Shown here: in pieces, positions 25,829-40,900 of the stretch | Layout of the letters: the number at the start of each line of letters is the position of its first letter | How positions within the stretch are numbered: the stretch's first letter is position 1 | Assembly: GCF_009914755.1 (NCBI RefSeq) | Contig: NC_060926.1 | Direction: 5' to 3' (one strand) | DNA: 64,000 bases | From: the human T2T-CHM13v2.0 reference genome, Homo sapiens | Notes under the pieces: model-generated | Databases searched by the model: none | Told to the model about the DNA's origin: nothing | What the model saw: the letters and a program-made list of their open reading frames with translations, nothing else | Program-made: the position numbers and the translations under genes

Positions 25829-27169
25829 CTCTAGTTTTCTTGCATTTCTCTACTCCCACTATCTTACCTAAATCTTAAAAGACAGACAAAGGTTCTTATA
25901 GTTAGCCCTTTCTCAAAAACCTTGACCCTGAAATTTGAACTTCCCACAATTATTCCTGGTTTCTTTCTAGTTCCACAAACTTTCTCCTAGTTCTTGGATC
26001 ATGGTTTGTTCCTCTTTCCCTTCATAGATAACACTGGAGATAACATTCATCTCAGAAGTTAGATTCCTTTAAAAACAAATGCTCTAGTTCCTGGGGCACT
26101 AGAGAGAAAAGATTTGCCAACAAAAGGGTCCAGCTTGCCAGTCAGTCATGTGGCAGGTCAGAGAGAACACATGTGGCAGGCAGACAGGTGGGCACAGTGC
26201 TGCTGAGAACGGACATGCTCCCTTACAGGTTGTGTGAGAAATCCAAGAGTTTCAATACACAAAAGGACCGGAGAGGAAGCTACGGCCCTGGTTTTTATAA
26301 GGAAGGAAGAGAGCCGGGTTGCACTAGGCTAGACAATTCTAGTTTCTTGTGACTGACTGAAGCGTAAATGACAGTGATAATGATAGAAATAATCACAGCA
26401 GTAATAAATAATTTGGTTAAGAAAAAAACTGAAGCGGTGCTTTGCTTCATTTCTTACCATCTTTTTGGCAAACAGAATGATGCTGAAAATATCAAAACAG
26501 GGCAGCAGCCAGGAGGAAGGGAAAATCAAGCGGTTTTAAAAAATGACAGACAGAAAAATCAGCTCCTAAGTTACTTAGAGTTGATGCACTGGCAACTTAC
26601 AGGACTCTGAAAAGAACCAAGGAGTTGGGATATTTTTAAAATTCCATTTATTTTAAAGGAATGTTTGGTTTGCCTACTAATTGTTTTTAGATTAATTCTT
26701 AGTGGAGAGAAAAAGTAAAAAAAAAAAAAAATTGCATCCTGCAAAACAGGTTGCAGTGTTAATTTAAAACACACATGTATAAAAATGGGCAGGTGGGTTG
26801 AGGGGTGCTACTGCCCCCAGGGACCTGCGGCTCTGTTCTTTTCTCCTCCTTGCAGGAAGTGAGCCTGCATCCGACTTCCCCTTTCTGGCTCGGTTGTCAC
26901 ATCCTTCAGGGACATTCCAGCTTCTGATCACTTTTCGCTTTGCCTCAGCACAGTCGCACTATGCGGCCAGTCACGGCACCACTGCACTACTGCACCATCT
27001 GAGCCCCATGCCAGAGTATCCAGCGACTCCTCCTGCATGTTGGAACCAACAGTCCTAGGGGAGGATGATGACTCGGCCAAGTACCCTCCGCCGCCTCCCT
27101 ACCCCCAACCATCTGTGGGCTATGTCTCTCTGCTGCCAACCAGAAGATAATAATTCCACTGTGCCAAGC

Positions 27170-27460
27170 GCCCAGAACATGATCCTAGGCTCCACATTTA
27201 GAAGGGATAAAGGCTACCTGGAACATGTCCCCGCATGTTCAGAGGGAGGCAAATGGGAGGAAGTGAAGGAGCTCGATTAGGACATGTGAGAAGAGGCTGA
27301 AGGAATAGAGCAGCTTAAAGAGAACTCATAGAAAGAGAAAACTAATCTTAAGGGATCTGAAGGATTCATTTAATTGTAATGAAAAGGAATTAACTTGTTC
27401 TGGGAGGCCCTAGAGCTACCAAGCAGAAACTACAAGGAAAGATTTTGGCTCCTCCAAGTA
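27170..27460 (+). mobile_element. L3/CR1 LINE remnant
   Basis: 'ccacatttagaagggata...ctggaacatgtcc...gagaagaggctgaaggaa...acttgttctgggaggccctagag' resembles the CR1 3' region. Confidence 0.6.
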
Positions 27461-30400
27461 ACAGCTCAGGTTTCTCAAAAGATGGAATGGGCTGGGGTGG
27501 GGAGGGGACAGCAAGTATGGCCATGGGATGAAGCTCTCACAGAGGGGAGGGCGGTTACCCTGCGCCTCCCTGACAGTGCGTGAAGGGAGGTGTTCACGTT
27601 CCCATTTATTCTGAGTTTCCTGTATGGGAACACGATCACTGCCAATTTCCTTGTAGTCCCATGTCACTTTTCCATAGAAAAACGCACACGGACTTTCCCT
27701 TGAAGAAGCTTTCTCTTTGAACACGGCAGTCTTCTTACTAATATAGAAATGACCAGCCAATCTTTGGGATCAGAAACACTAAAATATTACTACAATGTGG
27801 ACGCTCATGTCAATCCTTTTACAAACCTCTGTAGGAGTGCTTCTCTGAATAATTTTAAAATTGAAGGGGAAAAAAACCCCATAGTGTTAGATTTTCATTT
27901 AAGTTCAATGCTGAATTTCTAAGGCGGAAATCAGTGTAACCAGAAGCACCCAGTAACCCGAAGGGGATGCTTTTCATATTTTCAGTCTGTTTAACTCCAC
28001 CCATTTGAGAAGATAAGAAGATGCCTTTTCTATTTTTAGATTCTTACCCTCTCCCCATATCATCTAAACTGAGGACATAGCTCTAAGCTTCAAGACTATG
28101 AAACTCTATTAGCTGGCTCCCCAGCTGCTGAGCTCTGTTATGCAAATGAACTTAGCCAGAACGAGCAGGCGGTATTTTAAAGACCCATTCAAAGTCTGAT
28201 ACATCTCACCTTCCATTATTTTAAAGGACTTTCATTTGTGATTCAGCTACAGCTTGAATTTATTGTTCTTTTACAACCCTGATTATATACAGACCCACAA
28301 ATACCATATGTGAGACTCAGTGCTAATTTGTGTACACGTCTCATTTTTATGGGATCTAATTTGAAAGATCTCTTAGAAGCAAAATTGGAAGACAGAAGGT
28401 CCACCTCACATAGCACCAAGTCTGCACTTTTGAACAGAGGCCATTAGGACCTTTTTTCCTATAAAAATGAGTTACTGGGGAAGACTCAATGTGGACATAG
28501 AACTCTGGCAGTTACAACAAGGCAGGAGGAGGGCAAGTCCTCTCATGCCTGGTTCATTTATCAGGACGTGTTGTACATGGCACCAGGGCTGGTCAGAAGC
28601 ACCCAGGCAGGCACTCTAGTTTCATGGATGTGAATCTCTGATAAGGCCATTGCTGTGAACTGCTCACGTGTTTCCATAACTAATGGATCTGACTTGGTCT
28701 GTGATGCTGCAAGGACAATATCAATACAGGAAGAGAACTTGACTCTGAAGTTTTCAGCAGTATTCAGCCAGGATATTCATTCTAATCTCTGCTCAAAAGC
28801 AAGGAACTTGCTCTCAGTTGCTCACAAAATATTAATATTTAAGTCAGCAATTATTCTATGCAGTACTCCAGTTCTGGTAATGGTAATTTCAAATGATCCC
28901 AAATAATAAGCTGACACTGTCCAGAAATTCAGATTATGGTCATTTAACCCATACTACCTTGGAGGGCAAAGTTCCTAGCCATTTGCCTTTAGGCCACATT
29001 CTCAAGTTCTCTGATGGGGTAAAGGGACAAATACAGGACTTCCATGCTATTCTGCCACCCTGCTAGGGCTGTCTACAATAATCCACGTTCCTTGGATGGG
29101 CTGAAACATGGCTTTTCTGTATGATACCAGCACTGGCTATATGTGGAATCTGGTAGTCGTCATTCTACTCTCAATCTACTTCCACTACCAACATCCTTGC
29201 GTTATTTGTATATGTGTTACTACAAATATATTTGTTGAATGATTTCCCTCTAACTAGGCTGAAAGCTCTTCTGTGGGCATGAGCTTATTCATCTTTTGCC
29301 TCCCACAACACATGGCCCACAGTGAACTTCAAATTCACAAGTGTTAAATCCATAACCCCTGCTAGACTTTCCATCATGAGAGCCAGGTTGACTTGCTCCC
29401 GGGGGCCAAACCCTAGAGCAAGTCTACAGAGGCTCTCTGGAAAGTGACAAATCTGAAATGCTTTGTTCTCTAAATAATTTACACCTGTGAAGAGTACTAG
29501 CTAGCATGAGTGCTTTCTGTGGGCCAGGCAGGCATGTAATGCTCAGAGCATACCTCTTAGGAAGCAGTCTTAGATGAAGCCTGTGTCTCCAGTCAATCAC
29601 CCAAAATGTGGAGGAGCTAGGATTCCAGCCATAGCTGCATTCTGTAGCCACTGCCGATTTGATAACTCAAGGACTGCCAACCTGAAGACTATGTATCTTG
29701 AAGTCTGACAGCACCAAGAGGAAATGACACACCAAGAGCGCAACACGGATGAGAGGTGGAGATGCTAACCTGACCTTGTCAGAAGCCAAAAATGAGAAGA
29801 AGGGTCCTAGACACTGGTCCCTCCATCTCTAACTCACTAGGACTTTTCAGTATTTTTGCTATTGTCAACAAGAATCTCAAAAGGAATTTGACTTGTGGTA
29901 AACGTCAAAAGATTTGAATTGTAAAGTAACAAAGCCCCCCCCCCACCCCCCGCCCCCCGCCATCCTCGAGGAGAAAAACAAACATCCTGTTCTTAGAAAA
30001 TCGTGTTAAGTGCTGTTCATTCTTTTCCCAGAGGAAGCCCATTGCATGCGACAGTGAACAATCACAGGCTTTCACTGGGGACAATAGCTCCCTAGCTTCC
30101 TAACTGACACTTCATTTCCCTCCTAACCTGAAACTAAGAACCTTGTGTTCCCTACATGGAAAGCTCTCCCACCTTCTTACCATCAGCCTCTATTCACAAC
30201 ATCCTCTGAGACCTGCTCCAGATGCACTTCCTTCCTGGAGGAAGTCTACTCGAATGCACCTCACGTAATCCAACCTTGCTACTGCTTTGCTTAGGGGTTT
30301 TCTTAGGGGTTGTGGAGGGCTTGTATTATGTGATTTGTTGTTTTCCTGTTTTGTGGTTTTAATGCCTGATATTTCCAGGTGGCTGGTGAGCTCAAAAAGA

Positions 30401-30564
30401 ATAAAGTAAGCAAAAGGGCTATACATGAGTGTTCCTGTTGGGAAAACTCTCCTCCTTTTTATGCTGAATCACTTACAGAGCCTCCTCTTGAGCTGGGGAC
30501 ACAGAAGGCCCTCAAATCTTACTGAATAAGCTCTTCTAGTTTTCTTTCTGACCATCCCTTAAGT

Positions 30565-31010
30565 CAAGGGTCTACAAGCTACAGGCCGGCCAAATCCGGC
30601 CCCCTGCCTGTTTTTATAGATAAAGTTTTATTAGAACACACCTATGCCTATTCATTTATGTACTGTCTACAGCTCAGTGGGGTTCTCAACTGAGGGTGAT
30701 ATTTGTTCCCTATGCGATATTTGGCAATGTCTGGGAATATTGTGGGTTTTCGTGACTGGGGGTGGTGTGCTCCTGGCATCTAGTGGGTAGAAGCCAGGAA
30801 TGCTGCTAAACATCCTACAGTGTACAGGACAACTCCCCAAAGCAAAGAATTATCTGGCCTCAAATCTCAGTAGTGCTGAAGTTGAGAAATCCCAGTAAAG
30901 GTGCTTTTGCTCTATCAGGTCAGAGTTGAGTAGCCTGTGACAGAGACTGTATGTTGCTCTCAAAGCCCAAAGTATTAACTGAGCCCTTACAGAAGAAGTC
31001 TGAACCCCTG
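30565..31010 (+). mobile_element. MER58A-like element split by a MER20 (~30675-30895)
   Basis: MER58 5' part 'ggccaaatccggcccc...aaagttttattagaacac', MER20 'cagtggggttctcaac...ggcatctagtgggtaga...gttgagaaa', then MER58 3' part ending 'acccctg'. Confidence 0.82.
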
Positions 31011-31549
31011 TCTTAAATGTTGGCATTTTCATAGGGTTGGATGGCTGCTGCCCATCCCCCACTCCTCAACAATTCCCCCGGCAATCACATACCACCTCTA
31101 GGGATAACTTCCAAGTCAGTACCTTCAACCCACATGCATCTACTTAAGTCCAGACCAGTGCTACTCAAAGTGGGTTCATACAGTCCATGATGAGATAAGA
31201 ACAGAAGTTGGAAGCAAGATCTTTTTGACATTGCCTTAACATCAAGCATGTGACCAACAGATTTTTTTCTTACTGAATAGGCTATTGACAAGTTTGGGAG
31301 CTGTATGCTGTTGAGCTTGCATGGCGGTTGTGTGTGGCCCAAGCTCCATATTCCTTGTGCACAGTAGTATTGTACAATGGATTGGAAATGGAAACAAACA
31401 AAAAGACAGTGGCCCTTCCCAGAGAGTTTGAAAAGCATTGATTGGCCTTTCCCTTCCCTTATATTCCAGACTTCTCTACTTTGCTTCCCTTGTCCCATAT
31501 AATACTCATAAACCTTGCCCCAAATGGGATTTGCCATCTTTCTTCCCCC

Positions 31550-32175
31550 TGCCTGCCTTAGGCATCTGCCTTCCAAACTATGCTTTCCTGGTAAATGGCA
31601 GAAGTCACTCAATTCCAAAACCCAGCTATCATCCCAGCACTTCTCCCCGCCTCCATCTCTACATCAAGTCCTATAGTCCTATCAGTCTGTCTGGACTGTC
31701 TCTCCTCATTCATCCCTGCTCCATCAGCCTTACTCCTGGCCCCCATGATCTTTCTCCTGCACAAGGACATTTGCCTTTCACCTACCTCCCTGCCTCCCCG
31801 GTCCTTCCACCTTATCTTCCAATCTACACCAGAGTGAGGTACCTAGAATCCTCATGTAACCTTATCACTCTCTGCTTTAAAACCTTTCAAGGGTTTTAAG
31901 GCTACAGCTTGGAGATAAGATAAAATAGCTTGTGAAGCCCACTTCAGCAATCTGGGGGGCCTGCCACACTTGCAACTGAATCTCCTGCCAGTTCCCCATG
32001 GCATCCTAAGCTCCCATAGCGTCCTGTGTACACCTCAAACCTAGCAACTATCACACTGGATTATTACCACTACTTATTTAACTCTTCCCCAATCAGGCTA
32101 TAATCTGGGAGAGAGAACGGAGATCTTATTCATAGCAGGTATTGAAAAAAATGTTGAATGGATAAACAAATGAGA
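31550..32175 (+). mobile_element. L2 LINE fragment
   Basis: Pyrimidine-rich L2 body ending 'aatgttgaatggataaacaaatga'. Confidence 0.65.
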
Positions 32176-34014
32176 AAGCTTGAAAGACATTGCTGTGCCT
32201 CTTCCTCTTTAACCCTGCCTGCTCTATTGAAAATGCAAGATGGAATCTATGATTCTTACAGAAGAAAACAAACATGTAACAAGAAGCTGTCTCCTCTTTT
32301 CTTGTGGCAAAGGCTTTCATTTTTCCATCTGTAAGCCATTTTAACCTTCCCCTATCCATGCAGGGTAATAATTTAACAGTGTATCAATGCAAGCCAGAGT
32401 AATTCTACAGGACCATACAGATCTTTGGCAAATATACAGATAAAAAATATAGATCTTAAGGCAAATATTTGTGGACATGCTGTTTGAAAGAGATATGACT
32501 CCTATCCCTGAATGCAATGTGCAAATAGTGTCTTAGGTAAGACTCAAAGAAAATTTGACAATACAGTCCTCTGAATTCAAACTCAGTGACTCTACTTAAA
32601 TCAAACTTAAAGAATGAGGCCCTGGAGAAACAATGAACTTGCTCTTTTCTCTTTTCAAAAGGAGATGTGTTAAGGGAGAACTTGGCTCATTTGGCCTAAA
32701 ATGTACAAGGAAACCTCAAGAAACTACAATGGACAGTCTATAGAAAAGGGTTGTTTGGAAGATCAATGTGTGACTGGCACAGATCAGATATGTGGGGAAA
32801 AATAAACCTATCAAAACATTTGCCAAACCAAACCAAATGAAACACCGACTGTACGGGCCAACGAAACTGCTATCTCACTGCTGTTCCTGGCCTGAGCGGG
32901 GGAAGAGCTGGACCAAAACTATGAGCCAGCCCTGTAAGACGCAGAAGCCCTGATACACTGGGTACCAGTTACCTTCATGTAAAATGGAGATAATCATCCC
33001 AAACTTTATAATAACCACAGGTGTTAGAGCTGAGTGTTAAAATCTACAGTGCTATGTAAACACAAGGCATTATCTTTTCCCCAAATGAGACCAGACTATC
33101 TACTGAAATACAGAGTGGAGGGGAAACTATTCTCATTGCCAAAATAAACACTTCTATTTTCTCCTTAAATTTCGCCTGTACCACTCATTAATAAAATTGT
33201 TGCAGATGAGGCTAAAATGGTTCCTATTGATCCTGTGGACAGTCTCCACAGTTGGAAGGGATTCCTACCACCAGCTTGATTAGAAGTTAATTCCCCTGTC
33301 AATGGGACATAGGGCTGGGGCTATCTTCTCATTCACACCTACATGCATCGGTTATCTTCAGTTGGGGCTCTTCCAGCCTTAGGAACAAATGAAACGTCCC
33401 GGAGTTGGGAAAATTACAACAACTGCTATATAGGTCAGATAAAAGTGGTGTTTTCATACCAACTTGGGATCTCTTACAGTAGCCCCTGACCTTAAGACAT
33501 AAATAAATACAAACAATCTAACATTTTTTTTCTCCTAAATTCTCTGTTGACCCACTTACTTTATCTTATGGATGATTTTAAGAGGAAAATCCTTTTACTT
33601 CCATTTAAATTTCATTTTAAGTTACTTTGGTTTTACTTTTGTTCATTTGGTTTTACTTTTTAAGGAAAAAGGAAGCTGAGACCAAAGGGGAATGTTACCT
33701 TCTCTGATTTATTCAACTTCTATTTTGCGTCTACCTTAAGGTTAAAAAAAAAAAAAATGGAATGAACCTCAAAGTAGCAGACCTGGAAATGATGGGATCT
33801 GGAGGGTGTAGGGTTAGGGAGTGTGCACAACTAACCCTGTCAAAGGGAAATGGAAGGCCAGAGTGGACCAGTAATCATTGGAAGGGACTTCATACCATAT
33901 GGGAGTCCAGATTTCCAGGCTTGATGAGTAAGGAAGAGCCTAAGGTCCTGAAATCACTTATTTCCTTTTGATCATGAAACCATTTATGAAAACCTTGTGA
34001 AAAACTATAGGGAG

Positions 34015-34120
34015 TAGTATGTATGTATGTATATGTATGTATACTATATATAGTGTGTGTGTACAGTGTGTGTGTGTGTGTGCGTGTGTGTATAGTGTGT
34101 GTATATATATATACACACAC
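34015..34120. repeat. Compound (TATG)/(TA)/(TG) microsatellite
   Basis: tatgtatgtatgtatatgtatgt...gtgtgtgtgtgtgtgtgcgtgtgtg...tatatatatatacacacac. Confidence 0.9.
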
Positions 34121-34339
34121 AGGCAAATGATTTGATTTTCCAAAAAGAAGAGACAATTACTTGTGACTACTATCACATGTATCTTCAGTAAAGGTCTGGG
34201 TTTTGAACACTTAGGGGATATATGCTCAGTAGGCACTGATAAAAAGTTCACTGGCACCTCACTTGCTTACATACATGACACAGTTGCTAGATGGGTCAAT
34301 TACTTGTAATCTGCCAATTTTAGCCAAGCCTTAAAGGGA

Positions 34340-34640
34340 TCTTATTAGTAGGGCAAGTGACTTGGAAGACACAGGAGATGCACTTATCAAATCTAAAGAT
34401 AAACAGGAGACGTAGAGGGAGCTTCATTGTGCCAGTGGCTAACTGGGGTCCAGAATTACCTGGACCGAGAGCCGGGGCTGGATGAAGCCCACAGGAATGA
34501 ACTGAATGATGATGAATAGAAGTCCTGCTTTTGGGTTAACATTAATTATATAATCCCATTTGCGCAGAATGGTGCAGGCTCTGGCTGCTGGCGTTATAAA
34601 CTGGACGGCAAGGCTACCGGGAGCTGACAGCACGAGGAGG
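34340..34640 (+). mobile_element. L3/CR1 reverse-transcriptase fossil
   Basis: Translates DLEDTGDALIKSKD (cf. CR1 DLD..LIKFADD) from 34359 and VQNYLDR (cf. IQNDLDR) from 34448; 'aagtcctgcttttgggt' matches KVLHLG. Confidence 0.6.
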
Positions 34641-35836
34641 TGGCTGAAAAAGTCATAGCCATCTGACGGACTCTGGACAGACCCCACCAGAATTAGTGAT
34701 GTATGAGAGAAGAGAAAAAACAAAAGGGCATGTTGTTATTTTCTTAAATACGTGATAAGTAGGGCCAATCCCTCTCCTTTTTAACCAAAGAAATTATGTT
34801 ATTATCTGTTTATATATCAGGCTTAAGATTTTCTTTTCCTTGGCTTAAAAAAAAGTTCGACAGAGCTGGGCCTAGGAGGAAGATTCATGCTCTGTGTCAC
34901 TTAAACACTTAAGGCCTTGGTTTTATCATGTCAGAATGAGACTGGGGCTGAGATAAGGTCCCTTCCATCTGTCAAATGGTAGGGCTCTGTGATTCTATTT
35001 GCAGAAACATCTAGCGTCTAGGAAGTTTCCAAAAAAGAAAAAAAAAAAGTAATGTTTTTAAGGAAAGTAAGACTAGCCTTAGAATCAAAATACTTTTTAC
35101 CAGCGAATACAATTTTCATCACCCTTTCCCATCCTTCCTGGTATTAAATTAAGGGTCCTGAGCCATGTAGTGACTCCCTTTGGGAGCTTCAGTGTCCCCA
35201 TCTGTGAAGTGCAAATGGCAAAGGTGGGAGTCTTCCCGGGTAACAACAAGCATAAAGTGCTTGGCAAAGCACCTGGCAGGCAATGAGCCCATATCAATGG
35301 AAGGGGTAATGTTCATTATAAATTACCCCAAAAAGCTGGAGCTGCATAAGGAAGAAGATGAGCTGGAAGCTCATGGTGGGGATTCCTTTTAACCTTACTC
35401 CTTTTAGACCTTGGGATCTGGCTACCTAAACTGATTGTTTTAAATACAGTGTGAAAAACTCCCAAATGTTCTGGGTTCAATAGTCTAATTCCCCATTCTG
35501 AAAAAAGAATGGAATTTGAAAGAAGTCCCTGCTTTACTCCCTGCACCACCCTGAGAGACCTCTCTCTGAACCTCACTCCCCCAGGCTGGCAAGTAAAGCA
35601 CCACCATCCCAGGGTGAGCCCACAGGGAATACAAAACAAATCCCCATCACCAGCATAAACTTACACTAAACTTAATAGAAGGCCAAAAATCAACACTCTT
35701 TAGGAAGACATTTCATTCTGAAGCCGTCTGAGAGCAAGAAAACAGGCTCTAGTTGGTGCTGCGACATGCACAGAGTGAGCCATGTGCCTCTCACCAGTTC
35801 AACCCATGGGAAGCCAGCTTTAGAAAGCCTTTCACA

Positions 35837-36121
35837 GTCAGGTGCGGTGGCTCACACCTGTGATCCCAGCACTTTGGGAGGCCGAGGCGGGCGGATCGCC
35901 TGAGGTTAGGAGTTCGTGACCAGTCTGGCCAACACGGTGAAAGCCAGTCTCTACTAAAGATACAAAAATTAGCTGGGTGTGGTGGCGGGTGCCTGTAATC
36001 CCAGCTACTCATGAGGCTGAGGCAGGAGAATCTCTTGAACCTGGGAGGCAGAGGTTGTAGTAAGCCAAGACTGTGCCACTGCACTCTGGCCTGGGCAACT
36101 GAGTGAGTGAAACTCGGTCTC

Positions 36122-36152
<31 letters not shown>

Positions 36153-36160
36153 AAACAAAC
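35837..36160 (+). mobile_element. AluS with (CAAAA)n tail
   Basis: Full dimer; tail caaaaacaaaacaaaacaaaacaaaac. Confidence 0.92.
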
Positions 36161-36654
36161 CAACCTTCCATGTGCCTCCCCAGCCCCTGGCTGGTCCCTC
36201 ATGTGTTCAACAACAAACATCCATGGAGGGCCTACTAAGTGCCAGGCACTATTCTAGAAGTTGAGGCCGCAGCAATGATGCACTCCACTGTGGAGAGACT
36301 GACGCTAATATAACAAATAAATAAATGGCTCATGTTTATTTATTCGTTAATGGCTGGCGAGAGGTCTAGGCAGCAATAGGAAATACAAGGACCCTTACTC
36401 TGTGCTCTAAGTGGACACATGGGTGCCAAGTTGCCTCAGTCACTCCCAGGGCACGAGAAAGCATTGGTGGGGGTTGCCAATCTCTCCGCGGAGATCTTGA
36501 GAAGGTTCCAGCAGGGGCTTGACCTATTTCCACAGGGCCCGCAGATGATCTCTATCACCACAACCAAATGACTGGGGTGACTCCCCTTGCATTTGAATGT
36601 TCTGTAGCCTGGGAAGGAGTAACTTTACTACAGCAGGACTTAAAAATAAGCTAG

Positions 36655-37513
<859 letters not shown>

Positions 37514-37716
37514 GCAAGTAAGTGACAAAGATTTCTGACCTGACAACAACTGAGGAGATATGCTACACAAAGAATCAGATAGTATAGCAAGGGCTATACT
37601 GCCCACTTTGTCATTAAGTCCTACTGCAGCAAAGATGAATGACAAGATAAATGAGATTCAGTCCCTATCCTTGAGGAGCCGGTAGTCTAATTAGGCAGGC
37701 ACTTGCGTCAATCAGG

Positions 37717-38018
37717 AACATGGATGGAGTTGGAGGCCATTAGTCTTAGCAAACTGACGCAGGAGCAGAAAACCAAATACCGCATGTGCTCACTTGTAAG
37801 TGGGAGCTAAATGAGAACAAATGGACACAAAGAGGGAAACAACAGACACTGGGGCCTAATTGAGGGGGAAGGGCGGGAGGAGGGAGAGGATCAGAAAGAC
37901 TAATGATCAGGTACTATGCTTAGTACCCAGGTGATGAAATGATCTGTACATCAAAACCCCGTGACATGAGTTTACCTCCGTAACAAACCTGCACATGTAG
38001 CCCCGGACCTAAAAGTTA
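37717..38018 (+). mobile_element. L1PA (older primate) 3'-end fragment
   Basis: 'acatggatggagttggaggccatta...aaaaccaaataccgcatg...gtgggagctaaatga...taacaaacctgcacatgta...cctaaaagtta'. Confidence 0.88.
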
Positions 38019-40900
38019 GGCCTATTACTGGATTTCACCTTATGATCATGTGAGTCAACATTCCTTAATAAACTCCCCTTTATATATATATATAAAGATA
38101 ACTTAAATGTAGTAAGTGTTACAATAGGAGAAGATACAAGACACTATGGAAATGCCTCTGATACAAGAAAAAAGAGGAACAGAATCACAGTTTAGGGCCA
38201 GGAGAGGGCCTGGGGAACATCCACACACTTCTCTGGCCTCCCTTCCCATCCCCACCCTCCCACTCTGCCATTTTTTTTCACAGGTGATGGGATGGAGCCT
38301 GCCCAGAGAAGGGGAAGGATTTGTTTTCTGACTAGCTGGTCAGCCAAAGGCTTAGAGCCTCATCTCCCGCTGTGTTAAAATCAATGTTTTAAGTCTGAAC
38401 TGACCCTTGGCAAAACAAAAGTTTAAAAAATAAATAAAAAGGTTGAGAAATCAAACACATTCTGAATGGCAAAGCCACATTTCACCAAAAATGCCTCTGC
38501 TTGTTTTAAAAAATGTATGTAGCCTAAATGATTATGATGTATTTGGACAGAAAAGCTCTTTTTCAACTAAACTCATGACAACGATCTATCATTGGCATGA
38601 TGTGTCTACAAATAGGACCTTCAGGTTGTCACCAGAACATGACGGATTCCCAAATGTGGAAGCTGTCTAAATAGAGGCCTGACTTGGAAGTTCCCTGCCT
38701 TCCACGCTTGCTCAGGCTGCTCTGCCAGAGATCTGCACGGGTCTGTTTTTCAACCCAGAGTCTTACATTATTAGTAGTAAGATAGCTATGCTAATAGGTG
38801 CCACTGATCCTGGCTCACTGATTCTGGAGCCAGAGATTATCTGAGATCATCTCTCACCAAATGCTACGTTTTAGGGATGAGAACAAGAAAACCCCAAGAG
38901 GTCAAGGTTATACAATTTGGGTCAGAGCTAAGACCAGAATTGGTATTTTTTTAATCTCTATTTCTACACACAGACACCCCTTTTGATTGCCCTCACTTAA
39001 TTCTCCATTAGTTTTATCAGCGTTTGCCAGGATCTCCTGGTACATCCTCATCGCTCTCTTCCTGTAACGCCTGTGGTTCTCTAACTAAAATGTCCCTGGG
39101 TTGCTTCGGCTCTGTAGGACATACTGCGGTTATGTAGCTTCTGTTCTGTGTTTCCCAGAGTGTGTTTCCTGCCAGGCTGGTCCTGCAGCTGCTCAGTGGG
39201 CAAAACCATTTGAGAAACTCTGGACACGACCTCCCTGTGGAGATTCACTATATACACTGGCTTTTTAAATGTTCTGAGAAGTCCTGCAGAAAGGGACCTT
39301 CATCAAACTGGGGTCCCACAGAATACTTTTATGACATTCATGGCTCGAGGTACACTTTAGGCGGTACCCTGTTACCTAATTGCAGGTGTGTGATCTCTGC
39401 AACATGGTTTAACAAAGGGCCAAAGGCTAGAAGGCTAATAATAACTTTATCCAATATGGAAATAAAACCCAATCCACTGAAAATCCTTTTTAAAAAGTTT
39501 TAAATTTGGGATTCTAGAATTCTATTAATTCATGACTTAGGCAAGCAGTAAGGACTAAGCAAACACTAGTTTGGAACTCATCAGCTTTCACACAGTTTAC
39601 TTGGCTATTTAGAAATAGTAATCTTTTAAATCTCAGCATCATGCTTTGTATTATAAAACTGTATGGTTAAAATTTGAAAACTGCTTTTCTACCAGAGGTA
39701 CTGTCAAATTCAGTCCATCATCATGTGATTCTGATGAAACTTGGCACTGAAGTATATCAAGGAGAAAGCTTTTTTTTTTTTTTTAAGGAAAGAAACACAC
39801 CTGACTATTGCTTTAGAACTACATGGCTACTTATTCTGGTTTGTGGGGTATTGTTTTGTTTTGTAGCCTTTAAGAGGTGGGGACAGGAGAAGATTTCAAA
39901 TGGAATTGGACAGCTCCAAGACTGTAACCATTGGCTTTGAGGCTACCTGAGTTACTTCGGACTGTCCTTTCCAGAACCCTGTTTCCATCTGAGAAGTCTC
40001 TGGAGCTGATCCCCACAGCTAATCACAAACCCAGAGCATCAAAGCAGTGGAGGCCAAGGCAGGCCCTGTGGGTTTTCCGGGGCAAGCAGTAAGGACAAGG
40101 TTTCAAAGGTTTCCTTGTTGTGTGTTTCTTATCTAGCAGGGCCCAGGGGATATGCTGAACTGTAACAGGGCTTGACTTCTGCCATGGACACAGCCCAGTG
40201 CCTTTCTGTTCACTTTACCTGTAGCTCCTCTTCTGCTGAGTTCTTGCAGCAACATCATCAACAAACATGGACTAAAACGTCCACTGAGTGCCGGGACTGA
40301 AGGCCCAGGTAGTGTGGTTCCTGCCTTCAAGGAGGGGATTGTCCACAGGTGGTTACTGGACTCTGCAACCCCGGGCTCCCCAGAATTTTGAAGCGAGCAC
40401 ACAGTCTATGCTAGAGCTTCACTTCATCCCCAGCCACCAGAAGTCCTTGTCCCTGGCTGTGGCTTGGCTTGCTTTCTCACCATATAGTCCCACATTTTCA
40501 CCTAGTAAATCTCTTCGTTTATGGCATAAATTAAACTGCTTATGTTAACCCTAGCAGTGTTCATGCTAGATCCACTTTCATGCCACATATGTGGGATTGA
40601 ATCATCTTTAATAATAAAATAATTTACATAGTGTTCCTCAAGGCTGGCAATTACTGTCATCTTCAACTGTGAGATACAGGGTGATATGAAATTATTTCCT
40701 TGCCAGAGGCCAAAAGTCATAACAAAAATCAGATTTAACAACTTCTCTGCCCCTCCTCCCCATTGGTGGGGGTGTGGTATTTAGTATAAGGTCAAAAAGA
40801 CCTGAGTTCAAACCCTGCTTCTGCTATTTAGCTGTGTGACCTTGGCCACGTTACTAAACCTTTCTGAGCCTGTGTTCTCATCTGGAAAAGAAGAGCAATA

